Shown here: positions 24,783 to 39,239 of the stretch, piece by piece
How the letters are laid out: the number at the start of each line of letters is the position of its first letter
How positions within the stretch are numbered: position 1 is the stretch's first letter
Assembly: GCA_951406725.2 (NCBI GenBank)
Contig: OX597835.1
Coordinates: forward strand, 24,800,001-24,864,000
Length of the DNA: 64,000 bases
Origin: Octopus vulgaris
Taxonomy: Eukaryota
Reading direction: 5' to 3'
Position numbers and translations under genes: made by a program
The notes under the pieces: model-generated
What the model was told of the DNA's origin: nothing
Databases searched by the model: none
What the model saw: only the letters and a program-made list of their open reading frames with translations

Positions 24783-25070
24783 GTAATGTGTAATGTATGT
24801 AATGTGTAATGTATAATGTAATGTGTAATGTAATGTGTAATGTATAATGTGTAATATGTAATGTGTATTGTAATGTGTAATGTATAATGCAATGTAATGT
24901 GTAATGTAATTTGTATTGTAACATGTAATGTATAATGCAATGTAATGTGTAATGTGTAATGTAATGTGTAATGTATAATGTATAATGTGTAATATGTAAT
25001 GTGTAATGTAAAGTGTAATGTGTAATGTGTAATGTAATGTGAAATGTGTAATGTACGTAATGTGCAATGT
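24783..25070. repeat. Compound (TGTAA)/(TGTGTAA) simple satellite
   Basis: Reiterated gtaat / gtgtaat units. Confidence 0.85.
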
Positions 25071-25102
25071 GTGTTTAGTGTGTGTATATATGTGTAGATA
25101 TA

Positions 25103-25191
<89 letters not shown>

Positions 25192-25199
25192 AGATCTAG

Positions 25200-25715
25200 T
25201 GTGTGACTGTGTGGTAAGAACCTTGCTTTCCCACGACATGCTTCCAGGTAAAATCCCACAGTGCTGCACCTTGGGAAAGTGTCTTCAATGATCTCGGACC
25301 GACCAAAGCCTTGTGAGTGCATTTGGCGGACAGAAACTGAAAGAACCCCATCATGTATATATATGCGCGTGTGTGTGTGTGTGTATGTGTGTGTGTGTGT
25401 TTGTGTATGTGTATGTGTGTGCATCTTTGTGTGTATCTGTGCGTGTGTTTGCGTTTGTGTATGTGTGTATGTGTCTTTCTGTCTGTGTTTGTCCCAGGCC
25501 ACCGCTTGAGAACGGGTGTTAGTGTGTTTACGTGCACGTAACCTAGCGGTTCACCAAGAGCAACCGTTAGAATAAGTACCAGGCAGGCTTAGCAAAAAAA
25601 ATGAATAAATAAATAAATAAATAAATAGTGGTGTCGATTCGTTCGACTGAATATTCTTCAAGGCGGTGCTCCAGCATGGCCGCAGTCTAATGACTGACGC
25701 CAGTAAAAGATAAAA
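25200..25715 (+). mobile_element. SINE family A (diverged)
   Basis: Head, caccttggg block, internal (TG)n, tail gctccagcatggccgcagtc. Confidence 0.75.
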
Positions 25716-26022
25716 GATATTTGCGTATGCGTGTGTACGTCGGTGTGAATGTAGTGCGCGCGCGTGAGTGTGTGTGTGGTGTGTGTGTGGGCAGGAAACT
25801 AGGGCGTGCGTACGCGAGCGCACGTGTGCACGTGTTCGTGTGTGTGTACGTGCGTGTATATGTAAGTGTACTTACATGCGCGTGTGTGTGTGTGTGTGTG
25901 TGTGTGATGCCCAAACAACAATACACTGCATGCTTCTACACAGGAATGTATGACAATGTTTTTTACTCGTAAATTAATGCAACAATGTACAAATACAACA
26001 ATGTAAAAATGTAAGACAGGAA

Positions 26023-26058
<36 letters not shown>

Positions 26059-26102
26059 GCACGCACACGCACAGACACACACACGCAAGCAAGCACGCAC
26101 GA

Positions 26103-26138
<36 letters not shown>

Positions 26139-27246
26139 ACGCATACATACATAAAATATATATCTACAGGCACACAGAATTACATACACGCGCACATTCA
26201 CACATACATTCGCACAGTTACACACACACACACACACACACACACAGAGGCACATACACAGACACAGACACACACATACACAAACATATATCTACAAGCA
26301 CACACAGAATTACGTACACGAGCATTTTCATACCATACATTTGCAGTTACACACACACACACACAGAGGCACATACACACACACAGACACACACACACAT
26401 ACACACACACACACGCACGCACACACACATATATGCGCGTACATATGCACCAAGATGATCACGCAAGAATGCATGCACACACGCGCAGAGGCTAATACTA
26501 ATACGTGCGCGGTCATAAACGCTTCCATACACGAGTATACACCTCACACACACACACACACACACACAATAATGGAACACGCACTCATATACATGTACGT
26601 ACCCGAAGGCACGCACACACACGCACACACACACTATGAGCAAAAATACACGCATACACGCCTACTCAAGTACTCATAAATACGTATGTATGTACGTCTG
26701 TGTGTATGAATGTATGTATAGATATGTAGGTGGGTAGGTAGGTAGGTAGGTAGGTGGATGATTGGATGGGTGGGTGGGTATATGGATAGATAGATAGACA
26801 GACAGACAGACATACGGAAGGACGGACGGATGGATGGATGAATGGATAGATGGATGGATGGACAGACGGATGGATGGACAGACAGATGGATGGATGGAAA
26901 GACGGATAGATAGACAGACAGACAGACAGACAGATAGATAGATAGATAGATAGATAAATAAATAGATAGATAGATAGATAGATAGATAGAAACATACATA
27001 TATATAAGCACTATGTACATTCGCAAAAGCAGACGTATACAGATATGTACCCCCACATGCGCACATATACATACACAAGTGCGTATATATGCGTACACTT
27101 CCGCAGAATTACATATTCATACCCGCTCATACAAATATACACACCTGCATATATACACATATACACGTCTACTTATAAACATATGCACGTACACGTAGAC
27201 AGACACGCAAGTCTACATATAAATGTGTATGTGTATGTGTGTGTAA

Positions 27247-27287
<41 letters not shown>

Positions 27288-27699
27288 ACCGCATAGCATA
27301 CTCTCATACATTCTACCCCTCCGCACACATACCCGCACGTACGCGTGCCCAGAGATGCGCGCGCTCAAAGACAAAAGGGGGCAAGAAAGGTATTTTCGCG
27401 TTAATGCTAATTGTTTCGGGTGGGTAGGAAGGATGGAGGTGAGGTGGAAAGAAAAGGGGATTCCAGGTCTTTGTTTTGGGGTGGAGCGGAGGTTTGCGCG
27501 GGGGGAGGGAGGGTGACGAATCAACCGGAAGTACTCCCCTACCCCTGCCTGTTCCCCTTCTCTTCATATCTTGAGGTGTTTGCAAAAAAGAAAAAAAGAA
27601 AAGGAAAAAGAACCGGCACTCTTCTCGCACGGGTCCACTTATAATACACGTATATAAACATACACGGTCATACTTCTAGACACACACAATATGCAGATA

Positions 27700-27908
27700 C
27701 TGGTTTGAAATTTTGGCACAAGGCTAGTAATTTCGAAAACGGTGGCAAGTCGATTACATCGACCCCAGTGCGAAACTGGTACTTATTTTATTGACTCAGG
27801 AAGGGATGAAAGGCAAAGTCGACCTCGGCGGAATTTGAACTCAGAACGTAGCGGCAGACGAAATACCGCTAAACGTTTCGCCCAGCGTGCTAACGTTTCT
27901 GCCAGCTC
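27700..27908 (-). mobile_element. SINE family B
   Basis: gatgaaaggcaaagtcgacctcggcggaatttgaactcagaacg. Confidence 0.8.
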
Positions 27909-27964
27909 TCTGCATTCCTTATACGTAGATATTAACACACACCCATCCACAAAAGGATATGTAC

Positions 27965-28300
27965 TATAGTTTCACCAGAGACACACGACTACATGAACTA
28001 AAAGATACACTCATCACCAGCGTAAATTGTGTAATAGATTGGACGCGACTAACGAAAATACTCACGTAATCCTTAGCGTTAACTCTGCCGTGTAGAACAA
28101 CTAAATGGCCAAAAGAATTCCGTGATAAACCTGCCCAAGTCATTGCAGAACTTATTCCATTCTTTAAGATATGGCGAAACAGTCAGGACTGCGAGCTTCT
28201 TTGACCTGTCTCCAGACATAAACGGGTGAATGATGTTTCAGCAAAGAGCATAGCATTGTTCTATTGAGCTATTGGTCACTTCGGAGAGACTAGATATTAC
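27965..28300 (-). pseudogene. Tc1-like transposase remnant
   Basis: Minus strand reads SAMTWAGLSRNSFGHLVVLHGRVNAKDY, matching the Tc1 SVMVW...GPL...G.+N...Y block. Confidence 0.55.
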
Positions 28301-28541
28301 TTTTACCGCTTTTCAGTATTGACGGAGGATGAAGGCGGCGAGCTGCAGAATCGTTAGCACGCCGGGTAAAATGCTCAGTGGAATTTCGTCCGTTTTTACG
28401 TTCTGAGTTCAAATTCCACCGAGGTCGACTTTAATTTTCATTCCTTCGAGGTCGATAAAAGGAGCACCAGTTGAGCACTGGGGTCGATGTAATCGACTTA
28501 CCCCAACCCCCGAACTTGCTTGCGTTGTGCCAAAATTTGTA

Positions 28542-28858
28542 GGCGCAGGCGTGGCTGTGTGGTAAGAAGCTTGCTTCCTAACCACATGATTTTGGGTTCA
28601 GTCACACTGCGTGGAACCTTGGGCACGTGTCTTCTACATTGCTAGGACAATTCGTCCCCGGTTATTTCGCCGTCGGTTAATTTGTCCCCGGTCAATTCGT
28701 CGTTGATCAATTCATCCCCAGACCAATTCGTCACTGGCCAATTCGTCCCAAAATATTCATAAATGTGATTTTCAAGGGAAAGTTTAGAATTAAAATTGTC
28801 GTTGGACAGTTTTAGATATTTTTTCCTTTCTTTGACCCCCTCTCCCTCCCTCTGTCTC

Positions 28859-28889
<31 letters not shown>

Positions 28890-30740
28890 AAACTATCTAC
28901 ACTGAACAGTTTGTGAACAAAGATTTCCAATCAAATCTAATTAAAATTATTCAATACGCCCACCCATCAACATGACTATCTGCAAGAAAGAAAAAAATCA
29001 AAGTGGTCGATCAAAAAATTATAGAAACACAAAAAATAAGCAGAATACAGACGGATTGAAGATATAACTGAAGGTGCGAAAATCGTGTGTGCAAAGCGAG
29101 ACTTCATACAGATGAAAATTATAAAGAACTTAAGAAGATTGCGATCCATAATCACGCTTCAACTGCTGCAGAGGTAAATGCAAGGATGATAGTTTCAAAT
29201 ATTAAAGTAAAGTCTATTTCATCTCGTGATGCCCCTCGCTCATTTATCGCTAGTGAAGTTCAGAATTTAAACGACTGTACATTGTTGCAAATATCTCCGT
29301 TTGCACAGCTTAATAGGAATATTAGACGTTGGAGGCAAACTGATTCCAATTATCCTGCTACCTCACTTACAAATGTAGGGTTTTCCATTTCAAGTGAATA
29401 CTCCTACGTTCACTATGATGAAACGTTTTTTACAGTATGGCAGCACAAGAACTGGGCGACAGATGGAACATTTAAATGCTGCTCTAGTATATTCTCTCTG
29501 TTATATTTACTTCACATTCAAATTGTTCGCATTGCTCTCTGACAAAAGTCAAGACTCATATAGTAGACGTTTTGCCAAAATAAATAAATTACTGCACAAT
29601 GAGAGACCTGATAATATAATTACGGATTTCGAAAAAGCAGTCCATAACGGATTTCTGGAAAATCTCCTGGGGCAAATTTGGCATGCTGCTTGTTTCATTT
29701 AGGACAAAATATGTATAACCAAGTTGTGCAAGAAGGACTAAAATGCAGATGTCACGAAGACGACAGTTTTAGTCTAAAAACGTGGTGTTTGTTGCCCTTT
29801 CCTTCCTGCCGGTTGATGATGTAGATGGATATGGACAACTTACAGTCAATTGTATCCTATTTTGAAAATAATTGTATAGGACCACCTAGGGGAAGAGGAC
29901 AGAGGAGGTGACGCTTTCTATTACCTATATGGAATGTTTGGGATCGATGTATGACGGGGATTGCTCGTACTACAAATAGTTTAGATGCCTACCATAGCGC
30001 GCTGAAAAACAAGCCATCCAAATATTTGGAAATTTATTGATGTTATTAAATGTGAGGAAAGGTTTGCCAGTATCAAATTGCAGAACTTTATGAAATTAGA
30101 AGACCCAAGCCAAAAGAAAACATAGAGAGATGTGAACCTGAGTATAAAAAATATCATGGAAAATATGATCTAAGCCAAAAAGATATTTTTCTAAAAGCAA
30201 TTGCACAGTCTTAAATTTTAAGAAAAAATAATTATGTAATACGACAAACCTTAAAATATACGTTTTTTAATTCAGATATTCGTTCTTCCATTTTCCGTAT
30301 GATCTCGACGAATTGACCAACGGCGAATTCACTGCGGACAAATTAAACGACGACAAAATGTCGACGACGAATTGATCGGACAAAGTCTTCTACCATAGCC
30401 TCGGGCTGACCAAAGCTTTGTGAGTAGATATGGTTGACGGAAACTGAAAGAAGCCCGTCGTATATATATATATATTTAAATATATATATATATATATATA
30501 TATATTTATGTGTGTGTGTCTTTGTGTCTGCTTTGTCCCCCCTCCCCCACCATCGCTTGGCAACCAATGTTGGTGTGTTTACGCCCCCGCAACCTAGTGG
30601 TTCGGCAAAATAGACCGATAGAATAAGTACTAGACTTTAAAAAAATAAGTCCTGGGGTCGATTTATTCGACTAAAACCCTTCCAGGCGCTGCTCCTACAT
30701 GACTACAGTCAAAATGACTAAAAGTAGAAGAATAAAAGAC
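28542..30740 (+). mobile_element. SINE family A split by the MULE insertion (28542-28637 and 30385-30740)
   Basis: SINE stops at gtcttctac (28637) and resumes at gtcttctac (30385). Confidence 0.8.
28638..30384 (+). mobile_element. Mutator-like (Phantom-type) DNA transposon with a decayed FLYWCH-MULE transposase
   Basis: 9-bp TSD gtcttctac (28629-28637, 30385-30393); ~15-bp subterminal repeats (caattcgtc core) inverted at both ends; CKARLHT...HNH, WATDGTFK, ITDFEKA across frameshifts. Confidence 0.88.
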
Positions 30741-31380
30741 GGAATCGATATTGATGGAAGATAGAAGGGGTTCAGCAACCCCGGCACTCCTATGATAACT
30801 AGCTTCATGGAGCTCAAAACGAGCGGTTTGGGTTATTACGAGGTTGGCAAGGTGGTGATTTAACTCAACTTTCACTTTCACTATCGAACTACAGTTCGAT
30901 AGTTTTTAGACACAACGCATCTCACTATTCTTTAGCCCTTTCCCTATAAGCTTTGCTTCCATCCAGAATTTGTATATGATCGTCCTCGAAGAACCAATGT
31001 AAAAGCCGGCTTGCCAGAGCCGAGTTTGTATTGGTTTTGGAACGTCAACATAATTACAAAGGCTCTCCCCGCCGCAAGAAACATTAAACAGTTTTGAATG
31101 ACTGAAGCTCCAGTCATTCGAGCGCCGATAATTTGTCGTCATTGGAAATCAGATAGGTCACGTGTTTTAACTTTATTTCAATAAAAAATATCTGCAAAAA
31201 CAAAAGCAAAACGAAAAACAATATTTGCAAGAACAAAACAAAAATAAAACAAAAATCTATATTATGGAGTACAAGGTATACGTTCAAGTGTATGAATACA
31301 TACGTACGGACTAGAAGAGTTTGGAATTTGTTATTTGGCCAATAAAAAGTGGCTTCCCTACTTTTTTATCCAACACTTGC

Positions 31381-31441
<61 letters not shown>

Positions 31442-31894
31442 TATATGTTTATATATATATTCATATATATATGCATACATACATGTATGCATATATATGT
31501 GTGTATATATATATATGTGTATATATATATATATGTATATGTATGTATGTAGGTATATGCTTGTATGCATGCATGCACACACCTACGACATATCGTAAAC
31601 ATTTTATACACGCACACCGACAACCAAGCTTATACAGAAACCTTCACACACACACATACCCACATACATTTACACACACACACACATCTGCTACACTCCT
31701 CTGCCACTCCAAAACACCAAAGCTAGCTAGCAATGTGCTTCTGTGTGAGAACAGACTATATGAAGTGAATTGCCAAGTTAAGCGTTTACACATGTTCTTA
31801 GCAAGTATATATATTTCACTGTATCAGCCACCGTTCGCTGGCCTCCCTTGTGATTACAGAACGTTTTCTTCCCTAACGCTCACCCAATACATAT

Positions 31895-31933
<39 letters not shown>

Positions 31934-32081
31934 CGCATACAGAGATGCCTGCATATATAAAAATATATTTATATATACATGTATCTGCGTCCGTGTGTGT
32001 ATGAATACAACTATATGTATGGATGTATGTATGTATGTATGTATGTATGTATGTATGTATGTATGTATGTATGTATGTATG

Positions 32082-32132
<51 letters not shown>

Positions 32133-32385
32133 ATACATATATATATATATGTATCTATATGCATATATATATACTTATATTTATATATATATATATATTT
32201 CTATAAGCTATATATAGATCAATACTTCTATGTGTTTGTGCATATATATATATATATACAGGCGCTCACACACACATGCGGACGCAAACTCACACACACA
32301 CACACACACATACATAAATAAACAAACAACTGCTGAAGAGTATGCTCATTCAGATATGCATACATAAATACATACATGCGCACAT

Positions 32386-32422
<37 letters not shown>

Positions 32423-32854
32423 TATATATATTCACTCACTCACACATATATATATTTCAAAAACTTAACAAAAACACAGCAAACGGAAAATATTACAAAA
32501 ACGTAACACACAGAAAATTCGCAGTTTATTCCTCAGTCAACGTCCAAAAGGTCATTACAATTTCGCGCCTTCAAAGTTGATATCGTTCACACTCGGTGGC
32601 AAAATTAATAGATATATATATAATATATATATATATCAGGTTAATGAATGAGAAGCACAAGCTTAGCTAAAAATAGGAGCCATAAACACACCGAATCCAC
32701 AAGAATTAACACTAAATTTTTACAGGTATGGTTGAAAAAAAACTATGTGAATAAGGAATGTATCTTACCTCTGCAAAATTGCAAGAAGAAATGCCAGTTA
32801 GCCTGGTATCAACATTTTGAATTTAGCGCCAAAAGCACGTGTGCAGATATTGTG

Positions 32855-33024
32855 TATTGAGAAAAAAGAGGCAGTCAGAATTTTGGATAATTCTTTATTA
32901 GCGCTCTCGTTCGTTTATCGAACTCGTCAAGAGAATTTGATTTTGATTTTGCCTTGACAAGTTCGATAAACGAACGAAAGCACTAATAAAGAATTATCTA
33001 TCTGACTGCGTCTTTTTCTCAATA
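32855..33024. repeat. Imperfect palindrome with an HHR motif in each arm
   Basis: 32855-32931 mirrors 32953-33024; plus arm TTGACAA GTTCG ataaa CGAAC GAAA gcac TA; minus arm TTGACGA GTTCG ataaa CGAAC GAGA gcgc TA. Confidence 0.72.
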
Positions 33025-33042
33025 TATATATGTGTGTGTATG

Positions 33043-33123
<81 letters not shown>

Positions 33124-33175
33124 GTGTGAATGTGTTTATGGACGGATGGATGGCTAGATAGACAGAAAGACAGGC

Positions 33176-33210
<35 letters not shown>

Positions 33211-33212
33211 TG

Positions 33213-33256
<44 letters not shown>

Positions 33257-34181
33257 GACAGAGATTATATCAAACTGTGAACAAGCGAAATATTGGCTGA
33301 ATTCTGCTTTATGCCATTCTTTGTAATTTTCATAAAAATTTTGCGAATTTGTGTTCTACATACGGATTTCATACGATGATGCAAAAACCACCCCCAAAAA
33401 ACTTTTGGTGCGTGATTTAAAGCCAATTTAGTACCTTTCACGACCATCTCATACCCCCATCTGTTATAAGCGTTTGATAAGCGAAAATGCCCAAAAATAC
33501 AAGTAAACTACACATATTTTGGAGTTTAAACATTCAATAAACAAATTAAATATTTATCAAAATATCAAACTTTTTAGTGTCTTCATCATACATGGAAGGC
33601 TGCATGAGTTGGCTGCGGTCATACTATTTATATAAAAAAAAAAAAAAACAGTAGAAAAAACACAACGTACCCAACGTGAAATATCCAAAAGCAGCAACAG
33701 ATGGATACAAGGTGGAAAACAAAACGTAAACACATGTAGTTTATCAGTTTGTAAATTCACGTGATTTTTGTAAAACAGGAGAGTTTCAATGCTTGGTTTG
33801 TTACTATGAAAATAGGTTATGGAAAATATGTCTATGGATTTCGATTGGCTAAAATTATCAAAAATTTGCAAACTTTAATAACTATTCACTCCTTATTTAT
33901 TGATTTATGGCGAAAATGAATCTTATGTCAATAATTACTATAAAAAACTATATTAATACACCAAAAAAAGTGACAGCCAAGTAGAAAAGATACTGTATTT
34001 ACATACCATCAAGTTTATTCTTTCTCTGTTTGAGTGTAATGCTCTGTAAGGGTCTTTTGATACTATCGCCCTAATGAAATTCCTTACACACATGCATATA
34101 CACACACTAACAAATTCACACATATACAAACATACACACACTCAGTGTGAGAGATATACAAAGGAAAGGTGTGGTAAATAT

Positions 34182-34239
<58 letters not shown>

Positions 34240-34324
34240 ATTTAATAAATAAAATATATGCATACATACATATATGTACGTACCTACATCTATATGTATA
34301 TATACATGCATATATATATATATA

Positions 34325-34684
34325 AATATGAGTACAGGACACCACAAATAAACGTAGAACACAACGAGAAACGAAAACATAAAAACAAACTAGGAAACGG
34401 ACTTTTTTTAACAACGAAAAAACAGAGTACAAGACAAACAATACAAGGAATATCCCCCTTCATCAGCTGTCCCTGGTTCGACCCAATGCGTGTTTCGAAG
34501 GTAAGGACAGAACACGATCCGGTCGAAACAGTCCTTTCTGCAAAAGAATTAAACAAAATTCTTTTGCAGAGGGGTAAAACAAGGAAAGAAAAAAATGTGA
34601 CAAGAACAGGACGTAAAAGCAATACAAATAAAAATACAGTACACATAAAGAATAAAAACAGGACAATGAAACCAACATTGAGGG

Positions 34685-34686
<2 letters not shown>
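34325..34686 (-). repeat. (TA)n-flanked dispersed repeat; related fragment at ~46820-46970 (+)
   Basis: Shared ca.ctgatgaag start and gtcctgtac end; both embedded in (TA)n. Confidence 0.5.
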
Positions 34687-34774
<88 letters not shown>

Positions 34775-34904
34775 GGGAAGTTTCCAATAAGAAAAGCGTA
34801 AAAGACGGAGTCAGGCAGAGAGATAGAGAGAGGTATATAGACGGACACGCTCGTCTCATGTGAAAAGAAGAGTGAGGAGCAGCATGAGTGACATATACAT
34901 ATGC

Positions 34905-34935
<31 letters not shown>

Positions 34936-35362
34936 AAGAGGGAGAGAGAGAGTGTGTGTGTGTGGTAAATATATATAGAGAGGGTAAAAGCGTAAAAGAC
35001 AGAGAGAGACACAGACAGATAGAGATAGACAAAGACGTGACACTCATACACACACACACACACACACACGCACGCACACACACACAGATACAAACGTACT
35101 CACACTCATGTAGTCATAAATTTAAGATGGCGGATTATAAAGACATTTCGCTGTTGGCGATCTGGAAGTTGAGTTATTCCTCGTAACAAATTAAACTTTT
35201 TCATTACTAATAAACAAAATCTGTCTCCTTGGGAGAGAAGATTTCGAAAATTAAATCCGTTTTTTTTTTCAAGGATACACTGTTTCGTAGCCTTTTAGAC
35301 AAACACTTATAAAACACTTTCATATATATATATATGAAAGTGTATGTATATGTATGCATATG

Positions 35363-35413
<51 letters not shown>

Positions 35414-35447
35414 TTGTATGCATATATATATGTATACACTCACACAC

Positions 35448-35518
<71 letters not shown>

Positions 35519-36087
35519 CATATTTGTATGCATATATATATGTATACACTCACACACGTACACACACACACACACATACATATCATCATCATCGTTATAG
35601 TTTTAACGTCCACGTTTCCATACTTGCATGGAGCAGTGGGCGTTTGTTGAGGTGCATTTTATACAAGATTTATATATATATTTATATATATATATACAGA
35701 GAAGGAGAGGGAGAGAGATATATATGCGTGTATGTGCGCGCGTGCATGTATGTGTCTACAAGAGTAATTATTTATTTATTTATTTATTTATGTATTTGTT
35801 TGCTTAGTTACGTATTTATTCAAAATTGAGTTTTCCTTCAGACTCTAAGCTATCACGTTTCTACTTCCACCAGCACCACTATCACCACCACAATCACCAC
35901 CACAAACAACACCACCACCACCAACACCAACACCAACACAACAACAACAACAACGACAACTGCAACAACATTGTAAAATGGAAACGTGATATCCTCATTT
36001 CAAGTTACCGAAGGATCTGTAAGGTTTAACCAGTGGGAGTAATTTCAAAGCAGTACTAAACACATATTTATTAAAAACACTGTATGA

Positions 36088-36128
<41 letters not shown>

Positions 36129-36153
36129 TATACACACACACACATATATATAC

Positions 36154-36232
<79 letters not shown>

Positions 36233-36306
36233 GATATATATATATATAGATAATATATATATATATATATATATATAAACACATATATATATAAACATAT
36301 ATATAT

Positions 36307-36401
<95 letters not shown>

Positions 36402-36847
36402 TATATATGCGCATATAAATGCGTGTGTGTGTGTGCATAACTGCAGTTTAGATATTCATATACAAGCCACTCTGTAACGGTTTTGCAGTTTTATTAAATG
36501 CCAGGACGTCACTCTCGTACCGTTACGTAAAATTCGTTCTGCTTGTCAAGATTTTGTTTACATTTCCATAAGTAGCTCTGTTCTACCTAGTCCCAAGCTC
36601 AGCAGCTTGGAAAAAGGATGTAAGTGATCCCTAATGTGTATTTTATGGAAGGCGAAGAGCCTAAATTACTGGGTTCCTTTCCTATTTCGGTTCTGCTAAA
36701 TGCTCTGCGGTTTAACCCGAAGGACTAATTTTCCAGCGAGACTAAATGTTTTATATCTTTATTTTTGGAAATTTTTAAAATTTATTTTTTAGTTGTTTCT
36801 GTGTACCTTTAACGATATATCTAGATATATACAAGGTATATGTAGAT

Positions 36848-37222
36848 ATATAAAAGAGAAATTCTGTCCGTTTGTGTGTTTGTTTGTCCCATAAAATGAA
36901 AGTAAATGGTTCAAATGAGGCAACACTAATTGTGCTTCAATAAAGTCTTCTGTATTATGACATCGTGTGAAAACATTTCACCTTTCGACAAATATGAGAT
37001 CGAGGCTTTCATACAACTCACTTATTATTGTCATGTAATAAATAAACAGAAGTTCATATATGAAATTGATCTTTTTCTACTTCAGTTATTATATATTATT
37101 CTCTTAGAAAAAATACACACATATAAGAGGAGTACATTATATATATAATAATACTTTTAAATGTAGCTCCCAAGAAACAGTAAAAGCAATTACCCGATCA
37201 ACGACGGGTATTACTGCATCTA
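36848..37222 (+). mobile_element. Degenerate non-autonomous Helitron-like element
   Basis: 5' tatataaaa then gtttgtgtgtttgtttgtcc; 3' hairpin tacccgatcaacgacgggta; terminal CTAG decayed. Confidence 0.5.
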
Positions 37223-37884
37223 TATATACACACACACACATGCATACATACACACACAAACACACATATATATTATATATACGACTGGCTTCCATTCAGG
37301 TTCCCTCAACCAAATTCACCTGGGCTGTATTAGAAAATATTTCCCTAAATTGCCGTACAGTGTGACTAAACCCGAAACCGCGTGGTTGCAAAGTGGGCTT
37401 CTAAACTACAAACTGAACCCGTTATCCATGCTTATTAAAAATAATTTACATGTTTGTCCTGTACATATACGGAGGCGTGACTGTAGTTAAGAATTTCATT
37501 TCGCGACTAGGTGGTTTCGTGTTCTATTCTGTTGTGCGGTAATCTGGTTTGTACGTGTGTGTGATTATCAGGATGGTCTAATCCGAGAACACATTAAGAA
37601 CTCTAAGTGTTTCAATGAACATAATGCTAAGGGTAGTCATGTTTGCCTTGATAGCATTGTACACTACAAAACAACGAAACATTACACCCGTGCTAAATTC
37701 AACCCTGGAGGCCATTTACAACTGCTGGAAACACTGTCCAATGAGAGAATTTTGACGCTCCTTAAAATTCGATTTTAACCCTACACTCTTTCTCTGCAAT
37801 CCAGACAGATTTTCAACACATTTTGTCAAACAATCACATTCTTGTCTTCGAATGAATAATTTCAACGATTTTACATACCTATGT

Positions 37885-38110
37885 TTTTCCTACCCACGAG
37901 GGGCTAAGCACAGCGAGGACAAACAAGGACAGACAAACGGATTAAGTCGATTATATCGACCCCAGTGCGTAACTGGACTTATTTAATCGGCCCCGAAAGG
38001 ATGAAAGGCAAGTCGACCTCGGCGGAATTTGAACTCAGATCGTAGCGGCAGACGATATACTGCTAAGCATTTCGCTCGGCGTGCTAACGTTTCTGCCAGC
38101 TCGCTGCCTT
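37885..38110 (-). mobile_element. SINE family B
   Basis: Reverse complement of 15978-16212. Confidence 0.8.
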
Positions 38111-38907
38111 CCGATTTATATATACCATTTTGAAAATCTATCCGCTTGGATAATTTATCTCTCAGCAGTTCTTTGTCTGTCACATTTAACTTAATATTTA
38201 TTACAATAAATTGTTCACCTTCATTTGCGCCTTAGATAATTTTTTTTTATTTAACATTATATCACCAGATAACATTTCTTACAGACGTAGCGTTATATAA
38301 CATAAAAACATATCAGTAGCATGTGGCTAAGGTCTTCGGCTCACTCTATTTCGAAACTTTCAACAACACACTTTATTTAACGTTGCTCCAGTCCACTCAG
38401 CTAGCAAAAAAATTAGTTGTACCTGTAATGCAAAGGGTTGGGTTTGTCACATTCTGTATCACGCTGACTTTCCCTGAGAATTACGTTAAGGGTACGTGTG
38501 TCTGTGGAGTGCTCAGCTACTTGCGCGTTAATTTCACGGGCAGGCTGTTCTGGTGATCGGAACAGCTGCAACACTCGTCGTCGTAACCGACGGAGTGCCA
38601 ATTAGTTATATCAGCAGCGAACGAAAATCGTGCAGCAGTCTCCACAACAGTTCTGAACAGCTTATCCCGGGCCAAAACACTGAGTAGATTGTCAACATTT
38701 CTTTTAATAAACATATCCACTCGACCTAACGTATTGAGTTCATATGTTTTTAATAAATATAACAACTCTGACATGACGATATCTGAAATATATACTGGGT
38801 GCGTGAGGAATTTTGACGACGAATTTGGTAATTTAATAAAACGGTTCTAATCTAACAAAAAACAAACGTATTTCAAAAAAGAATTGTGCACATTTGATGA
38901 TTTTATA

Positions 38908-39225
38908 GGCACAGGCGTGGCTTAGAGGTAAGAAGCTTGCCTCCAAACGACATGGTTCCAGATTCAGTCTCACTGCGTGGCATCTTGGGCAAGTATCTTC
39001 TACTATAGCCTCGAACCAACCAAAACCTTGTGAGTGAATTTGTTCCCAACCACCGCTTGACAAACGGTATTGGTGTGTTTGCGTACTCGTAACTTAGAGG
39101 TTCGGCAAAAGAGACCGATAGAGTAAAGTGCCAGGCTTTAAAGAAATACAAGTACTAGGGCCGATACATTCAAGACGGTGCCCCGGCATAGCCACAGTCA
39201 AATGATTGAAACTAGTGAAAGGTAA
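38908..39225 (+). mobile_element. SINE family A, internally deleted
   Basis: Head and tail present, microsatellite segment missing. Confidence 0.75.
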
Positions 39226-39239
39226 AAAGAAAAATCATG

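Noticed and set aside
28055-28210. Apparent minus-strand exon with a GTGAGT donor
   Set aside because: The translation matches a Tc1 transposase block, so it is a transposon remnant.
28645-28750. Regularly spaced ~15-bp repeats resembling a CRISPR-like array
   Set aside because: No unique spacers; mirrored at 30305-30380; they are MULE subterminal repeats in eukaryotic DNA.
34450-34510. Minus-strand GAAAC...CTGATGA as a permuted type II HHR
   Set aside because: Stem II is possible but stems I and III do not pair.
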